Shown: piece by piece, positions 25,313 to 34,913 of the stretch
How positions within the stretch are numbered: the first letter of the stretch is position 1
Layout of the letters: each line of letters opens with the position of its first letter
Source of the DNA: a virus
Lineage: Duplodnaviria; Caudoviricetes
Length of the DNA: 59,516 bases
Reading direction: 5' to 3' (one strand)
Virus record (IMG/VR): IMGVR_UViG_3300048837_000161
Span: 1-59,516 of that record
The notes under the pieces: model-generated
What the model saw: only the letters and a program-made list of their open reading frames with translations
Told to the model about the DNA's origin: nothing
The model's database searches: none
Program-made: the position numbers and the translations under genes

Positions 25313-26329
25313 TTAGTTAACCAGTGCAACAGCCAGGGCCTTCGGCAGGAGAGTTTTCCAGCCCATGACGTTCAATCCACGTACGAGGTCCCCGAAGTCG
25401 CGAGGATTTCGCAGAGTCTCGAGTTTCGTCATCTGGCTAGCGAAGGTCACAGCGCTCTTGTGGCCGGCCATGAGCACGCGACGAGCAGCCGTACCGGCAG
25501 CGGCATCGCCCCAGTAGTCCTTAGTCGCCGCAGCGGCCGGGAGCTGGTTGGTGACGTACACCATGAAGCGGTCGATCATGCCGATCTTGCCGTTACGAAC
25601 CATCGACTTGTCGTCACCCATGAACTGCGCTTGCGCGAGGTTCGACTGCATCAGCAGGTTGCGGGTGTACGGGTCGATCAGCAGCCAGCGGTCGGTCTCG
25701 GGGACGTTCTGCTCGTCCAGCACGCCAGCAAGGGCGGTCAGGGTCTGAAGAACGTTCGAGCCGGTCAGCGCGATCGGCGAAGCGGCGGTGCCCAGGTTGT
25801 ACTTGCCGGTCTTGGCGCCCGCAGTGGCGCCCTGGTTGGCCGCGTCGGCGGTCGAGCTGATGCCCGGAAGGGCCGCGCTGTCGCCGTGGATCACCGCCTT
25901 GTCGATGGCGATCTTCATCTGCATGGCCGCGTCGTTGGAGAAGGTCTCCATCATGTTCGGCTTGGACTGATGAACGATGACGTCGTTGACCTGGAACTGG
26001 AACGACTTGGCGCGGTCGATGACCAGCTCGACGGTCGACGGAGTCGGCACGGCGTAGTTCAGATCGCCACCGATCTTGTAGTCGGCGATGGCGATATCCG
26101 GCACGTTGTTGATCACGACCTTGTCGCCCAGGTTGGCGATGTCGCCCTGGAAGTCGGTGTTGGTGATCTCGGTCAGGCAGGTCGAGGTGTAGAACTTGCG
26201 GTTGAGCTTGGAAGCCCACAGCGTCGGGATGAAAGTACCCGAGTAGTTCACGCCAGCGTAGTTACCACCAGCGGTGGTGGGGGTGCCGTGGTAGCCAACC
26301 AGCGGGGCGGAAGCGGTTACAGTAGCCAT
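25313..26329 (-). CDS. Major capsid protein (HK97 fold, P22-coat-like)
   Basis: 338 aa; 'FIPTLWASKL', 'ITNTDFQGDIANLGDKV', 'LDEQNVPETDRW', 'FGDLVRGLNVMG'; strong RBS, follows the scaffold, followed by a terminator. Confidence 0.88.
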   Translation of the reverse strand: MATVTASAPLVGYHGTPTTAGGNYAGVNYSGTFIPTLWASKLNRKFYTSTCLTEITNTDFQGDIANLGDKVVINNVPDIAIADYKIGGDLNYAVPTPSTVELVIDRAKSFQFQVNDVIVHQSKPNMMETFSNDAAMQMKIAIDKAVIHGDSAALPGISSTADAANQGATAGAKTGKYNLGTAASPIALTGSNVLQTLTALAGVLDEQNVPETDRWLLIDPYTRNLLMQSNLAQAQFMGDDKSMVRNGKIGMIDRFMVYVTNQLPAAAATKDYWGDAAAGTAARRVLMAGHKSAVTFASQMTKLETLRNPRDFGDLVRGLNVMGWKTLLPKALAVALVN

Positions 26330-26382
26330 GTTGGATTACTCCTTGGATTCAATAAGGGTCGTCTCGTACATGGCTCCGGGGC

Positions 26383-27372
26383 TCACCACTGAACGCGGCC
26401 TTCTGCGAGCGCCTGCTCGGCCTGCGCCACGAGGGCGTCGGCTTTCGCTTGACCCATGTCGCGGATGTTGCGCGGGTCGTAGGCGCGCTCGAATTCAGCG
26501 CGGGTCCAGATTTTCCCAGCGGGCGCAGTAGGCGCGCTGGCGGTTGCCTTGGCCGGAGCCACTTGACGCTCCAGTTCCTGGCGGACTTGTTGACGCTGCT
26601 GCGTCTGACCTTGTTTACCCGTCAACACCTTGTAGGCATTGAACACGTTCGCCACCCGGTCAGCGTCGAGATTCTGCGCGGCAGCATCGAGTGCGGCCTG
26701 ACGCGTCACCCCGTACACCGGGTCGGCTTCGCCCAGCCACGACAGGAAACCCTGATCCACGTTCACCGCCTCATAATCGGGAACGAGTTGGGCGAGTCGG
26801 TTCACGAACCGATCCTGCGCGCTGGTGGCAACCTGCTGGTCGACGTTCGACAGTCGTCCTTCGAGCTGCTTGATGTATGCCTGCATCTGCGCGGTCTGTT
26901 GCGCCACGAGGGCTTCAGCCATACGCTTCGCACGACGATCGACAGCTTCGATCAAATCCTCGCCAAAAACTTCGGCGTCGTTGTCTTTCTCTGCCGCTTC
27001 CGCCTCTTTCGTCTTGGCGGTCTTCAGGGTCTCGACCTCGGAGGCCAGATTCTGGAGGTGGTGCTTGAGGGTCTGGACTTCCTGCGCCTGCTGCTGGTTC
27101 AAACCGTGCAGGGCGTTGGCGCGACTGCGCCAGTAGTCCACATCCTCCTCGCGTCCAGGCTTGGCTTTGAGTTCAGGCTGCTGTTGCGGCTCTTGCGGTT
27201 CAGGTGCGGGCTGCTCGGTCTGAACAGGCTCGACAACCGGCTGATCAACAACCTCGGCGGAACCTTCGGTGACGTCACCTTCGGGCTGTCCGTACAGTTG
27301 CTTCTCCAGTGCTTCGGCTTCGTCGATCTGGCGCTGAATCGCTTCGGGGAATTTACTCACTTGAGTCTCCAT
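26383..27372 (-). CDS. Capsid scaffolding protein
   Basis: Acidic/Pro-rich N-terminus, coiled coil, 'FLSWLGEADP', C-terminal 'EQALAEGRV'; directly upstream of the capsid gene. Confidence 0.75.
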   Translation of the reverse strand: METQVSKFPEAIQRQIDEAEALEKQLYGQPEGDVTEGSAEVVDQPVVEPVQTEQPAPEPQEPQQQPELKAKPGREEDVDYWRSRANALHGLNQQQAQEVQTLKHHLQNLASEVETLKTAKTKEAEAAEKDNDAEVFGEDLIEAVDRRAKRMAEALVAQQTAQMQAYIKQLEGRLSNVDQQVATSAQDRFVNRLAQLVPDYEAVNVDQGFLSWLGEADPVYGVTRQAALDAAAQNLDADRVANVFNAYKVLTGKQGQTQQRQQVRQELERQVAPAKATASAPTAPAGKIWTRAEFERAYDPRNIRDMGQAKADALVAQAEQALAEGRVQW

Positions 27373-27408
27373 CGCTTCCGGGTTGGCCGGGGAGCTTGGG
27401 TTGAAAAA

Positions 27409-27642
27409 TCATCGTCTCGCCAGCTTTGCCGCCAACACTTCACCGTTCTCGATGAGGTCGACCAGCTCTGCTGCAAGCGCCGCCCTGCCCTGCATGGTCC
27501 GCCACACGTCCTCATGGGGGGTCTGACACATCACCTCCTGAGCGTCCTGTCGGCAAGCCTTCAGGTGCGCCACAACGGCGGCAAAGTCAGGCGACCTCAA
27601 CTTGAGGAAGGTGGTCGCGGTATGCAGGTCAACACGGTTCAT
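27409..27642 (-). CDS. Small conserved head-module protein
   Basis: Start MNRVDLHT; 'WRTMQGRAALAAEL' resembles small genes found between portal and scaffold. Confidence 0.6.
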   Translation of the reverse strand: MNRVDLHTATTFLKLRSPDFAAVVAHLKACRQDAQEVMCQTPHEDVWRTMQGRAALAAELVDLIENGEVLAAKLARR

Positions 27643-27658
27643 ACTGTAGCTATATACA

Positions 27659-27674
27659 TGCTTACACGTAAGCA
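27659..27674. promoter_or_regulatory. 16-bp site, most symmetric copy
   Basis: TGCTTAC-AC-GTAAGCA with perfect 7-bp arms, upstream of the scaffold/capsid block. Confidence 0.7.
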
Positions 27675-27760
27675 CGTCAAGTGTGTTGGTGCCGATTGTC
27701 TCGGCGCCCCGGAACCTGCCGGGTCAGGTGCGCGCCCGTGTGAGGGGCGCGCGAGGGGGA

Positions 27761-29179
27761 TTAAAGTTTTCGGATTGTCACGTTTGACCACTCCGTCCCA
27801 GATGTCCCCCCGTACCGCGTCAGCGACACGGCTATGTTGGTCACTGCCGTCCCGTTGACCTCGCGCGGAATGCGGAAATTAAACAGCACACGCCGCCACG
27901 TCGCAAACCCCGTCGCCGCATATTTTTTGGAAATGCTCCACGCGCCGCCTATGGTGTTAATAATCACTTCGCATGTGTCGGTCGCTCCGTCAGTAGCGCC
28001 CTTGCAGTAACCGTTGAATTGGAAAATTTCCCCTGCAAAACCATTCCTCGTACAGTCTCGGATTGTGTAATAGGGGGCATTTTTCCCAGGGAGGATTGTT
28101 ACTTTTGCCCCATTATTGTATCCGCCTGTTGGCGAAATCGTGTTCCACGTGCCGCCGAGCTTTTCCCACAGACCTGTGTTTCCATCTGACAAGCCCGCGA
28201 ACGACCCAGCACCAAATAGCAAATCCAGTCGGTGAGTTGAGTTTGTCACATACGGCAAGCTCGACGGCAGCACTATATCCAGCAGCCCAGCGTCTCGTTT
28301 TTCGACAACATAGTCCAGCCACGCTGTATAGTCCGCCAGCGAAATTTTTCCTGCGGTGCCAATTAAACCGGCATGGTTCATCACGCGGACTGATTTTTTT
28401 TCCGCGATGCAGATGTCGATGAGCTCTTTAGATGTTGCGAGGGTCTGCTCGTCGATCGTGAAATGACTACGCCCGTATCGGTACAAATTCGGCTCGCTCG
28501 TGATCGGGACGGCAGTAGGGCCGCTATACGCTTCTGCCAAATCGTAGTGGCTCATCAGCAGGCGGCCGACCTCGCCGCGCCAATCGTCCAGCACGAGCAG
28601 CTTATCGAGCGCGGTCGGGGACAGCCCCGGCATTGCCCAGCCTTTTACGTCCATGCCGTTTTGCTGCGCGATCTCTTTGCAGGTCACTATTTCATCGTAC
28701 ATCCCATTATATGTATCGGGATATACGTCATGCGTCATGCCGTGCGTGAAGAACTCCATTCCATCCTGCTGCCAAGCAGCGACTGTCGCCCACGTAGGAT
28801 TTGTCGGAGTTGTGCCATCCAACTCGGTCACATGGCAGTTCATCTGATACGGCAGCGCACGCGCGTCAAGTAGAGGCTTTACCGTGCCCTGGAACGCCTT
28901 GGTGTGGTGGTCGAATCTCAGAGCAAGCGCCCCTTTTTCTCCGACGCCGAGCCGCCCCCGTCGCCGAAAATCGTAATCCATCCGCGACAGCTCGCGATCA
29001 AAGTCCGTCCTCAACTGCTCATGCCCGGCTGAGATGCTCATCCTTTTTGCAATCCCCCCACCCGGGCTCGTTGTAGCCCGGACAAGGCCAAGGCTCTTGC
29101 CGTCGACGTTGAGGTCGGTGATTTCACCTTGGGAACCCACAACCCCGTAGATGTCATTGATGAGTGTTGTTTGTGTCAT
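27761..29179 (-). CDS. Spike-like protein 2: shared N-terminus + polysaccharide deacetylase (NodB/CE4-like) + probable carbohydrate-binding domain
   Basis: 'LALRFDH', 'VKPLLDARALP', 'TWATVAAWQQDGMEFFTHGMTH'; jelly-roll-like C-terminus; first ~42 aa nearly identical to those of 29298-31181. Confidence 0.7.
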   Translation of the reverse strand: MTQTTLINDIYGVVGSQGEITDLNVDGKSLGLVRATTSPGGGIAKRMSISAGHEQLRTDFDRELSRMDYDFRRRGRLGVGEKGALALRFDHHTKAFQGTVKPLLDARALPYQMNCHVTELDGTTPTNPTWATVAAWQQDGMEFFTHGMTHDVYPDTYNGMYDEIVTCKEIAQQNGMDVKGWAMPGLSPTALDKLLVLDDWRGEVGRLLMSHYDLAEAYSGPTAVPITSEPNLYRYGRSHFTIDEQTLATSKELIDICIAEKKSVRVMNHAGLIGTAGKISLADYTAWLDYVVEKRDAGLLDIVLPSSLPYVTNSTHRLDLLFGAGSFAGLSDGNTGLWEKLGGTWNTISPTGGYNNGAKVTILPGKNAPYYTIRDCTRNGFAGEIFQFNGYCKGATDGATDTCEVIINTIGGAWSISKKYAATGFATWRRVLFNFRIPREVNGTAVTNIAVSLTRYGGTSGTEWSNVTIRKL

Positions 29180-29280
29180 TTCATGAAGTCCTCATGGGGC
29201 TGAAAGTGTCCGTTACGGGTGTGCCATCCGCCAAGCGCTGCCCGGAGTCCGTTGTCGGCCCCGCTTGCGGCGAGCCGCCC
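29054..29280 (-). repeat. Direct repeat copy B (portal 3' end + spike N-terminus)
   Basis: Matches 31056-31282 at offset 2002; 29108-29240 is identical over 133 bp. Confidence 0.95.
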
Positions 29281-29297
29281 GCGCGAGGGGGGTTAGG

Positions 29298-31181
29298 TTA
29301 GCCTAAATTGACTTCGACCGCCCCGGCGTCAGACACCGTGAGCTTGTATAGCGTGCCGTTCGGGCTGCGCAGGATGATTCCGCGCCCCTGCCCCTGCAAC
29401 TCGATGTCGCGATCGCCAACTGCCACAGTGTTGATCCGCGCGGAGGTCGTGTATGCGCCCAGCGCGACGCTGCGCGTGTGTGTCGCCGACGCCTCCCGAC
29501 CCACGGCTACAGAATCTTGCCCCGAGGCGGTCGCCTGACGCGCCAGTGCACATGAGGACGATCCGGTCGCCGTGGCTAAGTAGCCTGCGGCGGTTGTCAT
29601 CAAGCCCGCCGCGTTTGCCTTTTCGCCAACAGCGACCGAATCGTTCCCCGCAGCCTGCACGGCTAACCCGATACCTAACGCGCGGGCACCAGTAACCGAC
29701 GCATACGATCCCGAATAACCAGCCGGCGCAATCAGCGCAGAGTTTGCGCCCGCAATTGTCCCGTTCGGGCAAATCACTAGCTGGCTGATATCCGTGCTTT
29801 TCGCGCCTTGACCGATTACCGTCGCATTTGCCGTGTTGGCTTCTGATAACAGGCCGACAGCGAGGGACGATCCGGCACGTGTCGATTTGCCGCCTAATAC
29901 CCAACCAGGATCCTCCGCCCGCTTTTGTGCGGAAAACGACTGGTTCAGCGGCAGCGAAAAAAATCGCCCTGCGGTCGCCGCGTCGCGCGCCACCAGCCCG
30001 CCACTGAACAGATACAGCGCGCGCAAATCCGGCAGCGTGCGGTCCCATTCCTTTACCACCCCGCCGGACGCGCTCCCGGCATGTGTTGCCACAATCCGGC
30101 CCGGAACCGCGGCGACACCGTTGGACACCAATTCGGTGTTGGGCGAGAAAATCACATATGCCCATTCGCCAACCCGGATGCCCATTTGCGCGACGTGCGA
30201 CAACGAGGGTTGCCGCTCATGGAAATCGACAACCAGCTCAACTGTTGGCGTGGTGGCATACGTAGAGTTGCGTCGCATGACTGCGGTGCCGTCCGGGCGA
30301 CTATCTGTGCCGAGTACAATCCCGCTTGGTGTAGCAGTCATCGTCGTGTAGTTTGGCTCTCCGCTCGTCGCGTCGATGGCCATCGGGTATGCAGAGGTCG
30401 GCAGCACAGTCCACGTCGCGCCGAGATTGTCCGAATACCACAGTCCGACGAACCCGCCGTCCGCGGAGTGCACCCACAGCCGTGGCGTCGTGGCATGCCA
30501 TGAGTCGATGCAGCATCCGTGCATATGCGCGTTGCTGTTGCTGACGATGGTGTATTTGTCGCGCTGGTCAAAAATTTTTGTGAAGTTTCGACCGTAGTCT
30601 GTGCTGAGGTAGCCGTTATGTGCAGCCGGCTTTGTCGATCCATACTCCGTGACTAGAACATATTGGCCCGAAACGTCAAATCCCCACGACGCGAATCTTG
30701 CTTGACCGACTACGTAGGTCTCGGCGGTCAAAACGCTAGTCCACACGCAAGCATTTGACCCCCATCCCGCCGAGCGGAACATCTCTCGCCCAGCATTGAG
30801 CAAAACTTCGCCGTCTCCCATTTCGTAGATCGCGGCTGACTGCCATGGGATAACTGCTGGCGTTGCGCCGCCCGAACTCCATGCTGCGCCGTCCGCGCTG
30901 CGATACAACTCAGTGCCTCCCGTATTGACAGCGATTAGCATCCCGCCCACTACGCCGAGGATTCCACCGCCATGCGGGAGCGCAATCTCCTCGTGGTACA
31001 GCAGAGCACCGACCGGATTGCCTAAATGCGCGCCCATCGAGGCCGACAATCTAACCCCCCCACCCGGACCCGTTGTAGCCCGAACAAGGTCCATGTTCTT
31101 GCCGTCGATGTTGAGGTCGGTGATTTCACCTTGGGAACCCACAACCCCGTAGATGTCATTGATGAGTGTTGTTTGTGTCAT
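29298..31181 (-). CDS. Spike-like protein 1: shared N-terminus + BNR/Asp-box beta-propeller + YadA-like head repeats
   Basis: Asp-boxes 'YRSADGAAW', 'YLSTDYGRNF', 'WYSDNLGATW'; ~14-aa repeats 'SVAVGEKANA', 'SVAVGREASA', 'SVALGAYT'; C-terminal 'GIILRSPNGTLYKLTV'. Confidence 0.72.
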   Translation of the reverse strand: MTQTTLINDIYGVVGSQGEITDLNIDGKNMDLVRATTGPGGGVRLSASMGAHLGNPVGALLYHEEIALPHGGGILGVVGGMLIAVNTGGTELYRSADGAAWSSGGATPAVIPWQSAAIYEMGDGEVLLNAGREMFRSAGWGSNACVWTSVLTAETYVVGQARFASWGFDVSGQYVLVTEYGSTKPAAHNGYLSTDYGRNFTKIFDQRDKYTIVSNSNAHMHGCCIDSWHATTPRLWVHSADGGFVGLWYSDNLGATWTVLPTSAYPMAIDATSGEPNYTTMTATPSGIVLGTDSRPDGTAVMRRNSTYATTPTVELVVDFHERQPSLSHVAQMGIRVGEWAYVIFSPNTELVSNGVAAVPGRIVATHAGSASGGVVKEWDRTLPDLRALYLFSGGLVARDAATAGRFFSLPLNQSFSAQKRAEDPGWVLGGKSTRAGSSLAVGLLSEANTANATVIGQGAKSTDISQLVICPNGTIAGANSALIAPAGYSGSYASVTGARALGIGLAVQAAGNDSVAVGEKANAAGLMTTAAGYLATATGSSSCALARQATASGQDSVAVGREASATHTRSVALGAYTTSARINTVAVGDRDIELQGQGRGIILRSPNGTLYKLTVSDAGAVEVNLG

Positions 31182-31282
31182 TTCATGAAGTCCTCATGGG
31201 GCTGAAAGTGTCCGTTACGGGTGTGCCATCCGCCAAGCGCTGTCCAGAGTCCGTTGTCGGTCCCGCCTGCGGTGAGCCGCCC
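31056..31282 (-). repeat. Direct repeat copy A (true portal 3' end + spike 1 N-terminus)
   Basis: Partner of 29054-29280. Confidence 0.95.
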
Positions 31283-33366
31283 TGACCTGGAGGGGGTTGC
31301 ATCAGCATCCCCTGCTGCGCCATCTGAGCCTGCTGGATCATCGCCTGCGCCTGCGCCACCATCGCACGGGCCTTGGCAATCTCGGGGCTGGGGACGATCC
31401 TGTCGGCGTTCATGTCTAGCGTCTTGGCCTGCTCGCGCAGCAGCGCGGCCACCCCTTCGACACCCATGATCTGCTGGGCCATCGGGTTGGTAAGCGCGAT
31501 CTGCATCATCTCGTTGCGGCGCTGCGCGGCGGCTTCCTTCACCACCAGGGCGTTCGCACCCTTGGCGACGACCTTCACGTCACCCTTGAGGTCCGGGTCG
31601 TCCGAGTAGCGCATGTTCCACATCCAGAGCCGCTCGACGGCGGGCTGGATGACGTGGCGGTCGATGTTCGAGATGACCTGCTTGATCGCCTTCCCGGCGT
31701 TGTTCATCATCATGGACATGCCCGAGGCCGTGCGCCCCGCCCCGCCCGGAGACTCGCCACCCATCAGGTATCGCGGGATGCCGGAGTAGTTGTCCGCGAG
31801 GTCGTGGAAGCGCTCGTAGATCGTCATCAGCTCGGAGGCGAGCGAGTTCGGCTGGAAGAAGTCCACCGGAGGGGCGCTGTTGTTCGCCATGTCGCTGGTG
31901 AACTGCCAGATTTTCCACGGATACATCTGGGTGATCTCCTCACCCTGCGGCAGTCGGTCGACGTTGACCCAGACCTGCGGCCCGGAGGCGATACCCATGT
32001 TGTTCACCAGCGCGCGGGCTGCGGCGTTACACACGGCCTGACAGTCGCGGATCAGGTCCATCGGGCTGTTACCCATCCACGCCCCCGGCACCCCCTCGTA
32101 GGACGCCTTGTAGTACGGCTTGCGCCCGAGCGCCTCGGGGTTCACGACGGCTTTGATGACCCAGTCGCCCACGAGCCACACCTCGACCGGGTAGTCCTTG
32201 AGCGGGTCGTCCACGACGCCGTCGTCCAGCCCCCAGTCAAGCAGCATCTTGCCCTGCACCGAGCCCCAGTACTGGAGCGCGTCGATGAGCCCGGAGTCGT
32301 TCTCCAGGTCGGCGTCGCGCCCTTCGGCGTCTGCTTTCTCCGTGTCGATCCACAACCACTCGTGCAGGCCACCGGCACCATACTCGTCGAGCACCGCGCG
32401 GATCGCGGCGTCCGAGTACCCCTCCACGCCGATCATGGCTGAGAGGTCTTCACGGGAGAGGCGGTGGCGCTCGATCATCTCCCCGTCGTCGGGCTGGGCG
32501 CTGTGCTTGGCCCAGTAAATCATGAACGGATCGACCCGCTCCCAGGTGGGGGCCAGCTCGTCCTGGAGGTCGATGGTGTACTGCCCGTCCATCCCCTCGA
32601 TCCACTTCAGCGCCTTGCGCCGCTTGACGATCGGCCCCTTGAACACCGCGTATGGGAACGTCACCAGATCGTCCACGAACTTGTGGAACTCGTCGAGAAA
32701 CCCACCCTCGACCATCTGGTCGTCCATCTTGCGCTTCATGTTCTCGGCTTTACGCGAGGCGTGCTCGCGCAGCTCGTTGACCATGACCTCCTTGCGCGCG
32801 ATGAGGTACTGCTCCATCTCGTCTTCCGATGGGTTGATCCCCACCGAGGCGGCAACGGCCAGCTCCTGACGGATGCTCTGGTAGGCGCGCTGCACGAACT
32901 GAGGCGACAGCTCCGGCACTGGGGTCGAGCGCAGGATGTACGGGATCGCCCCCTCCCCCGCGTCGTTCATCACGTCACGAATCCAGCTCGATGCGGCACG
33001 CGCCTTGTTCGAGGACAGCATGAGGTAGATCGCCGAGCCGCCCTGCTGCTTGATCTGGGCAAGAACCTCCGGGTCGTACTCACCACGGCGCTGGCGCAGG
33101 CAGGAGAGCAGTCGCTGCTCGACATCCTGCTGCTTGTAGTCCCGCATCGAACTCCAGCGAGACTTGACGTGCCCTGCGAGGTTGGTGATGTACGAGCGGC
33201 TGTTGGCGATCTGCGCCTGCGCCTTCTCCTCGGCGTGGAGTTGCGAAAGGTTCTTGATGGGCAGCACACCCCCGATGGACATGACGAGCCCGGAGCCCGG
33301 TTGAGACGGCAGCGGAGCGTTGAAATCCATGTTCATCCTTGGGGTGGCGGTGCTCGAAGATGCCAC
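31183..33366 (-). CDS. Portal protein
   Basis: About 720 aa directly after TerL; 'ERVDPF', 'LVNNMGIASGPQ', 'SGIPRY', 'RTASGMSMMM', Q-rich tail. Start may be ATG 33336. Confidence 0.85.
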   Translation of the reverse strand: MASSSTATPRMNMDFNAPLPSQPGSGLVMSIGGVLPIKNLSQLHAEEKAQAQIANSRSYITNLAGHVKSRWSSMRDYKQQDVEQRLLSCLRQRRGEYDPEVLAQIKQQGGSAIYLMLSSNKARAASSWIRDVMNDAGEGAIPYILRSTPVPELSPQFVQRAYQSIRQELAVAASVGINPSEDEMEQYLIARKEVMVNELREHASRKAENMKRKMDDQMVEGGFLDEFHKFVDDLVTFPYAVFKGPIVKRRKALKWIEGMDGQYTIDLQDELAPTWERVDPFMIYWAKHSAQPDDGEMIERHRLSREDLSAMIGVEGYSDAAIRAVLDEYGAGGLHEWLWIDTEKADAEGRDADLENDSGLIDALQYWGSVQGKMLLDWGLDDGVVDDPLKDYPVEVWLVGDWVIKAVVNPEALGRKPYYKASYEGVPGAWMGNSPMDLIRDCQAVCNAAARALVNNMGIASGPQVWVNVDRLPQGEEITQMYPWKIWQFTSDMANNSAPPVDFFQPNSLASELMTIYERFHDLADNYSGIPRYLMGGESPGGAGRTASGMSMMMNNAGKAIKQVISNIDRHVIQPAVERLWMWNMRYSDDPDLKGDVKVVAKGANALVVKEAAAQRRNEMMQIALTNPMAQQIMGVEGVAALLREQAKTLDMNADRIVPSPEIAKARAMVAQAQAMIQQAQMAQQGMLMQPPPGQGGSPQAGPTTDSGQRLADGTPVTDTFSPMRTS

Positions 33367-33399
33367 TGCTTATAGCAGGTTTGGCAGGCTCCAGCAAGG

Positions 33400-33415
33400 T
33401 GTTTAGGGCGTAGCA
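33400..33415. promoter_or_regulatory. 16-bp TGYT-N8-ARCA site
   Basis: TGTTTAGGGCGTAGCA between terL and portal. Confidence 0.65.
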
Positions 33416-33428
33416 CGTTTGATTGGGG

Positions 33429-34913
33429 TCACGTCCAGGCGTAGGCTGCGGGTTTGATTTCGCGTCGTTTCGTCTGTCGCGTGCCGAGCGCCCCGCCGTC
33501 GATCACCAGTGCGAGGTACTGGAGCGCGTCGTGGGGGTGGCTGTACTTGTTCTTCACCGGCTCGGTGTCCTGCACCAGATCACCTTCCTTGTTCGTCTTC
33601 CAGCGATAACCGCCCTGAAACCCCCGGATAATCGTCGAGCACGAGGGGTCGATCTGCACTCGTGGGCGCGCGTCTGCGGACTGTGTGAGGAGGTTGTCCA
33701 CCGCCTCGATGCGAAGTGTCGGCTTGTTGGTCTGCGGCTTCACCACCTTGAACCCCTCGGTGCGCAGCACGTCCACCGGGCTCACCTCCCCCACCTGTGT
33801 CTTCTGCCAACCAGCAGGGTCGGGCGCGATGTAGGTCGAGGCGCCGGGGTACTTCTCGAAGAGATGCGGCTTGAGCAGGGTCTTCACGAACGTCTGGATG
33901 CCCATGTTCTCGCCGATGACCTCGGACAAGATGTTGATCCCGCCACTGGGGGTGAGTTGCCCGATGACCGCCGCAGGCGTGCGCCCGAAGTCCAACCCGA
34001 TGCACAGGGGGTAGTTCTCCGAGGTGATTGGGCGCAGGGGCTTCTTGGCGACGTGGCGCTCGTGCCGGAACGTCTTGTCGTATACCGGCAACCCACCCAG
34101 AGACCGTCCGTACCGGCACCGCAGGTACACGTCGATGAAGTCAGAAGTCTTACCCTCCAGCGTGTTCGGGTAGTAGTCCTTCGCCAAGTTGTCGTAGTTG
34201 TCGTGCTCTGGGTCGACCGCATACGCGTTCCCATCCACGTCGCGGGCGACGGTCTGTTCTTCCGGGTCTTCCCCGTACTTCTCGATCCACTCCTCGATCG
34301 GCAACACCGCCGAGGGTTGAAGGTGCACGCTCCAGTTCTTAGGGCGCTCCTCCTCCATTTTCTTATGCCACCACGAATCCTCACCCGGCATGTTGGTGTC
34401 GAAGATTGCCCCGGCACGAGAAGCCCCGCCATCTTTCATCGAGGGGTAGCGGTTCACCCGCATCAGCAGGCCGTCGACAACCTCGGGGTGCAGCTCGCGT
34501 GCTTCGTTTCCCCAGATTCCGGTGGCTTCGAGCGAGAGCGCCTTTCGGACGTCGTCCGGCGTGTCGAGCGCGATCAGCATCCACTCGGACTGCACCACCG
34601 TGCCGTCGCCCAGGCGCAGCCGGTAGTAGTACGTCTTCTCGGTGGCCTTGTATTCGCCGTACACGCCGGGAGGGAACCAGTCGTCGATCGTCTTCTTCGT
34701 GGTGGACCGGAGTTGGTCCGCGGTATTGCGAACGATTAGCATTCGCGTTTTGCGAATACCCTCGGCGTTGGGCTTCTGGTCGCAGGCCCAGCGCATCAGC
34801 TCGTGGGCACAGCACACACTCTTACCGCCACCAATCGGGCCTGCCAGGACACGCACGTAGGCGTCCGACAGCATGAAGTCCTCCATCGTCTGGGAGGCGA
34901 TGAATTTACTCAT
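33429..34913 (-). CDS. terL: Terminase large subunit
   Basis: Walker A 'GPIGGGKS', 'IWGNE', 'DTNMP'; nuclease 'IGLDFGRTPA' and 'SHPHDALQY'. Confidence 0.92.
   Translation of the reverse strand: MSKFIASQTMEDFMLSDAYVRVLAGPIGGGKSVCCAHELMRWACDQKPNAEGIRKTRMLIVRNTADQLRSTTKKTIDDWFPPGVYGEYKATEKTYYYRLRLGDGTVVQSEWMLIALDTPDDVRKALSLEATGIWGNEARELHPEVVDGLLMRVNRYPSMKDGGASRAGAIFDTNMPGEDSWWHKKMEEERPKNWSVHLQPSAVLPIEEWIEKYGEDPEEQTVARDVDGNAYAVDPEHDNYDNLAKDYYPNTLEGKTSDFIDVYLRCRYGRSLGGLPVYDKTFRHERHVAKKPLRPITSENYPLCIGLDFGRTPAAVIGQLTPSGGINILSEVIGENMGIQTFVKTLLKPHLFEKYPGASTYIAPDPAGWQKTQVGEVSPVDVLRTEGFKVVKPQTNKPTLRIEAVDNLLTQSADARPRVQIDPSCSTIIRGFQGGYRWKTNKEGDLVQDTEPVKNKYSHPHDALQYLALVIDGGALGTRQTKRREIKPAAYAWT

Noticed and set aside
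27644-27659. LexA/SOS box-like CTGTAGCTATATACAT
   Set aside because: Mismatch in the conserved ACAG half, single occurrence, upstream of late head genes. The repeated 16-bp motif itself (TGYT-N8-ARCA) is not CTGT-N8-ACAG.
13775-31181. Diversity-generating retroelement or invertible tail-fibre switch
   Set aside because: No reverse transcriptase or invertase. The repeats are direct, lie at N-termini or internally, and their mismatches are synonymous rather than adenine-specific.
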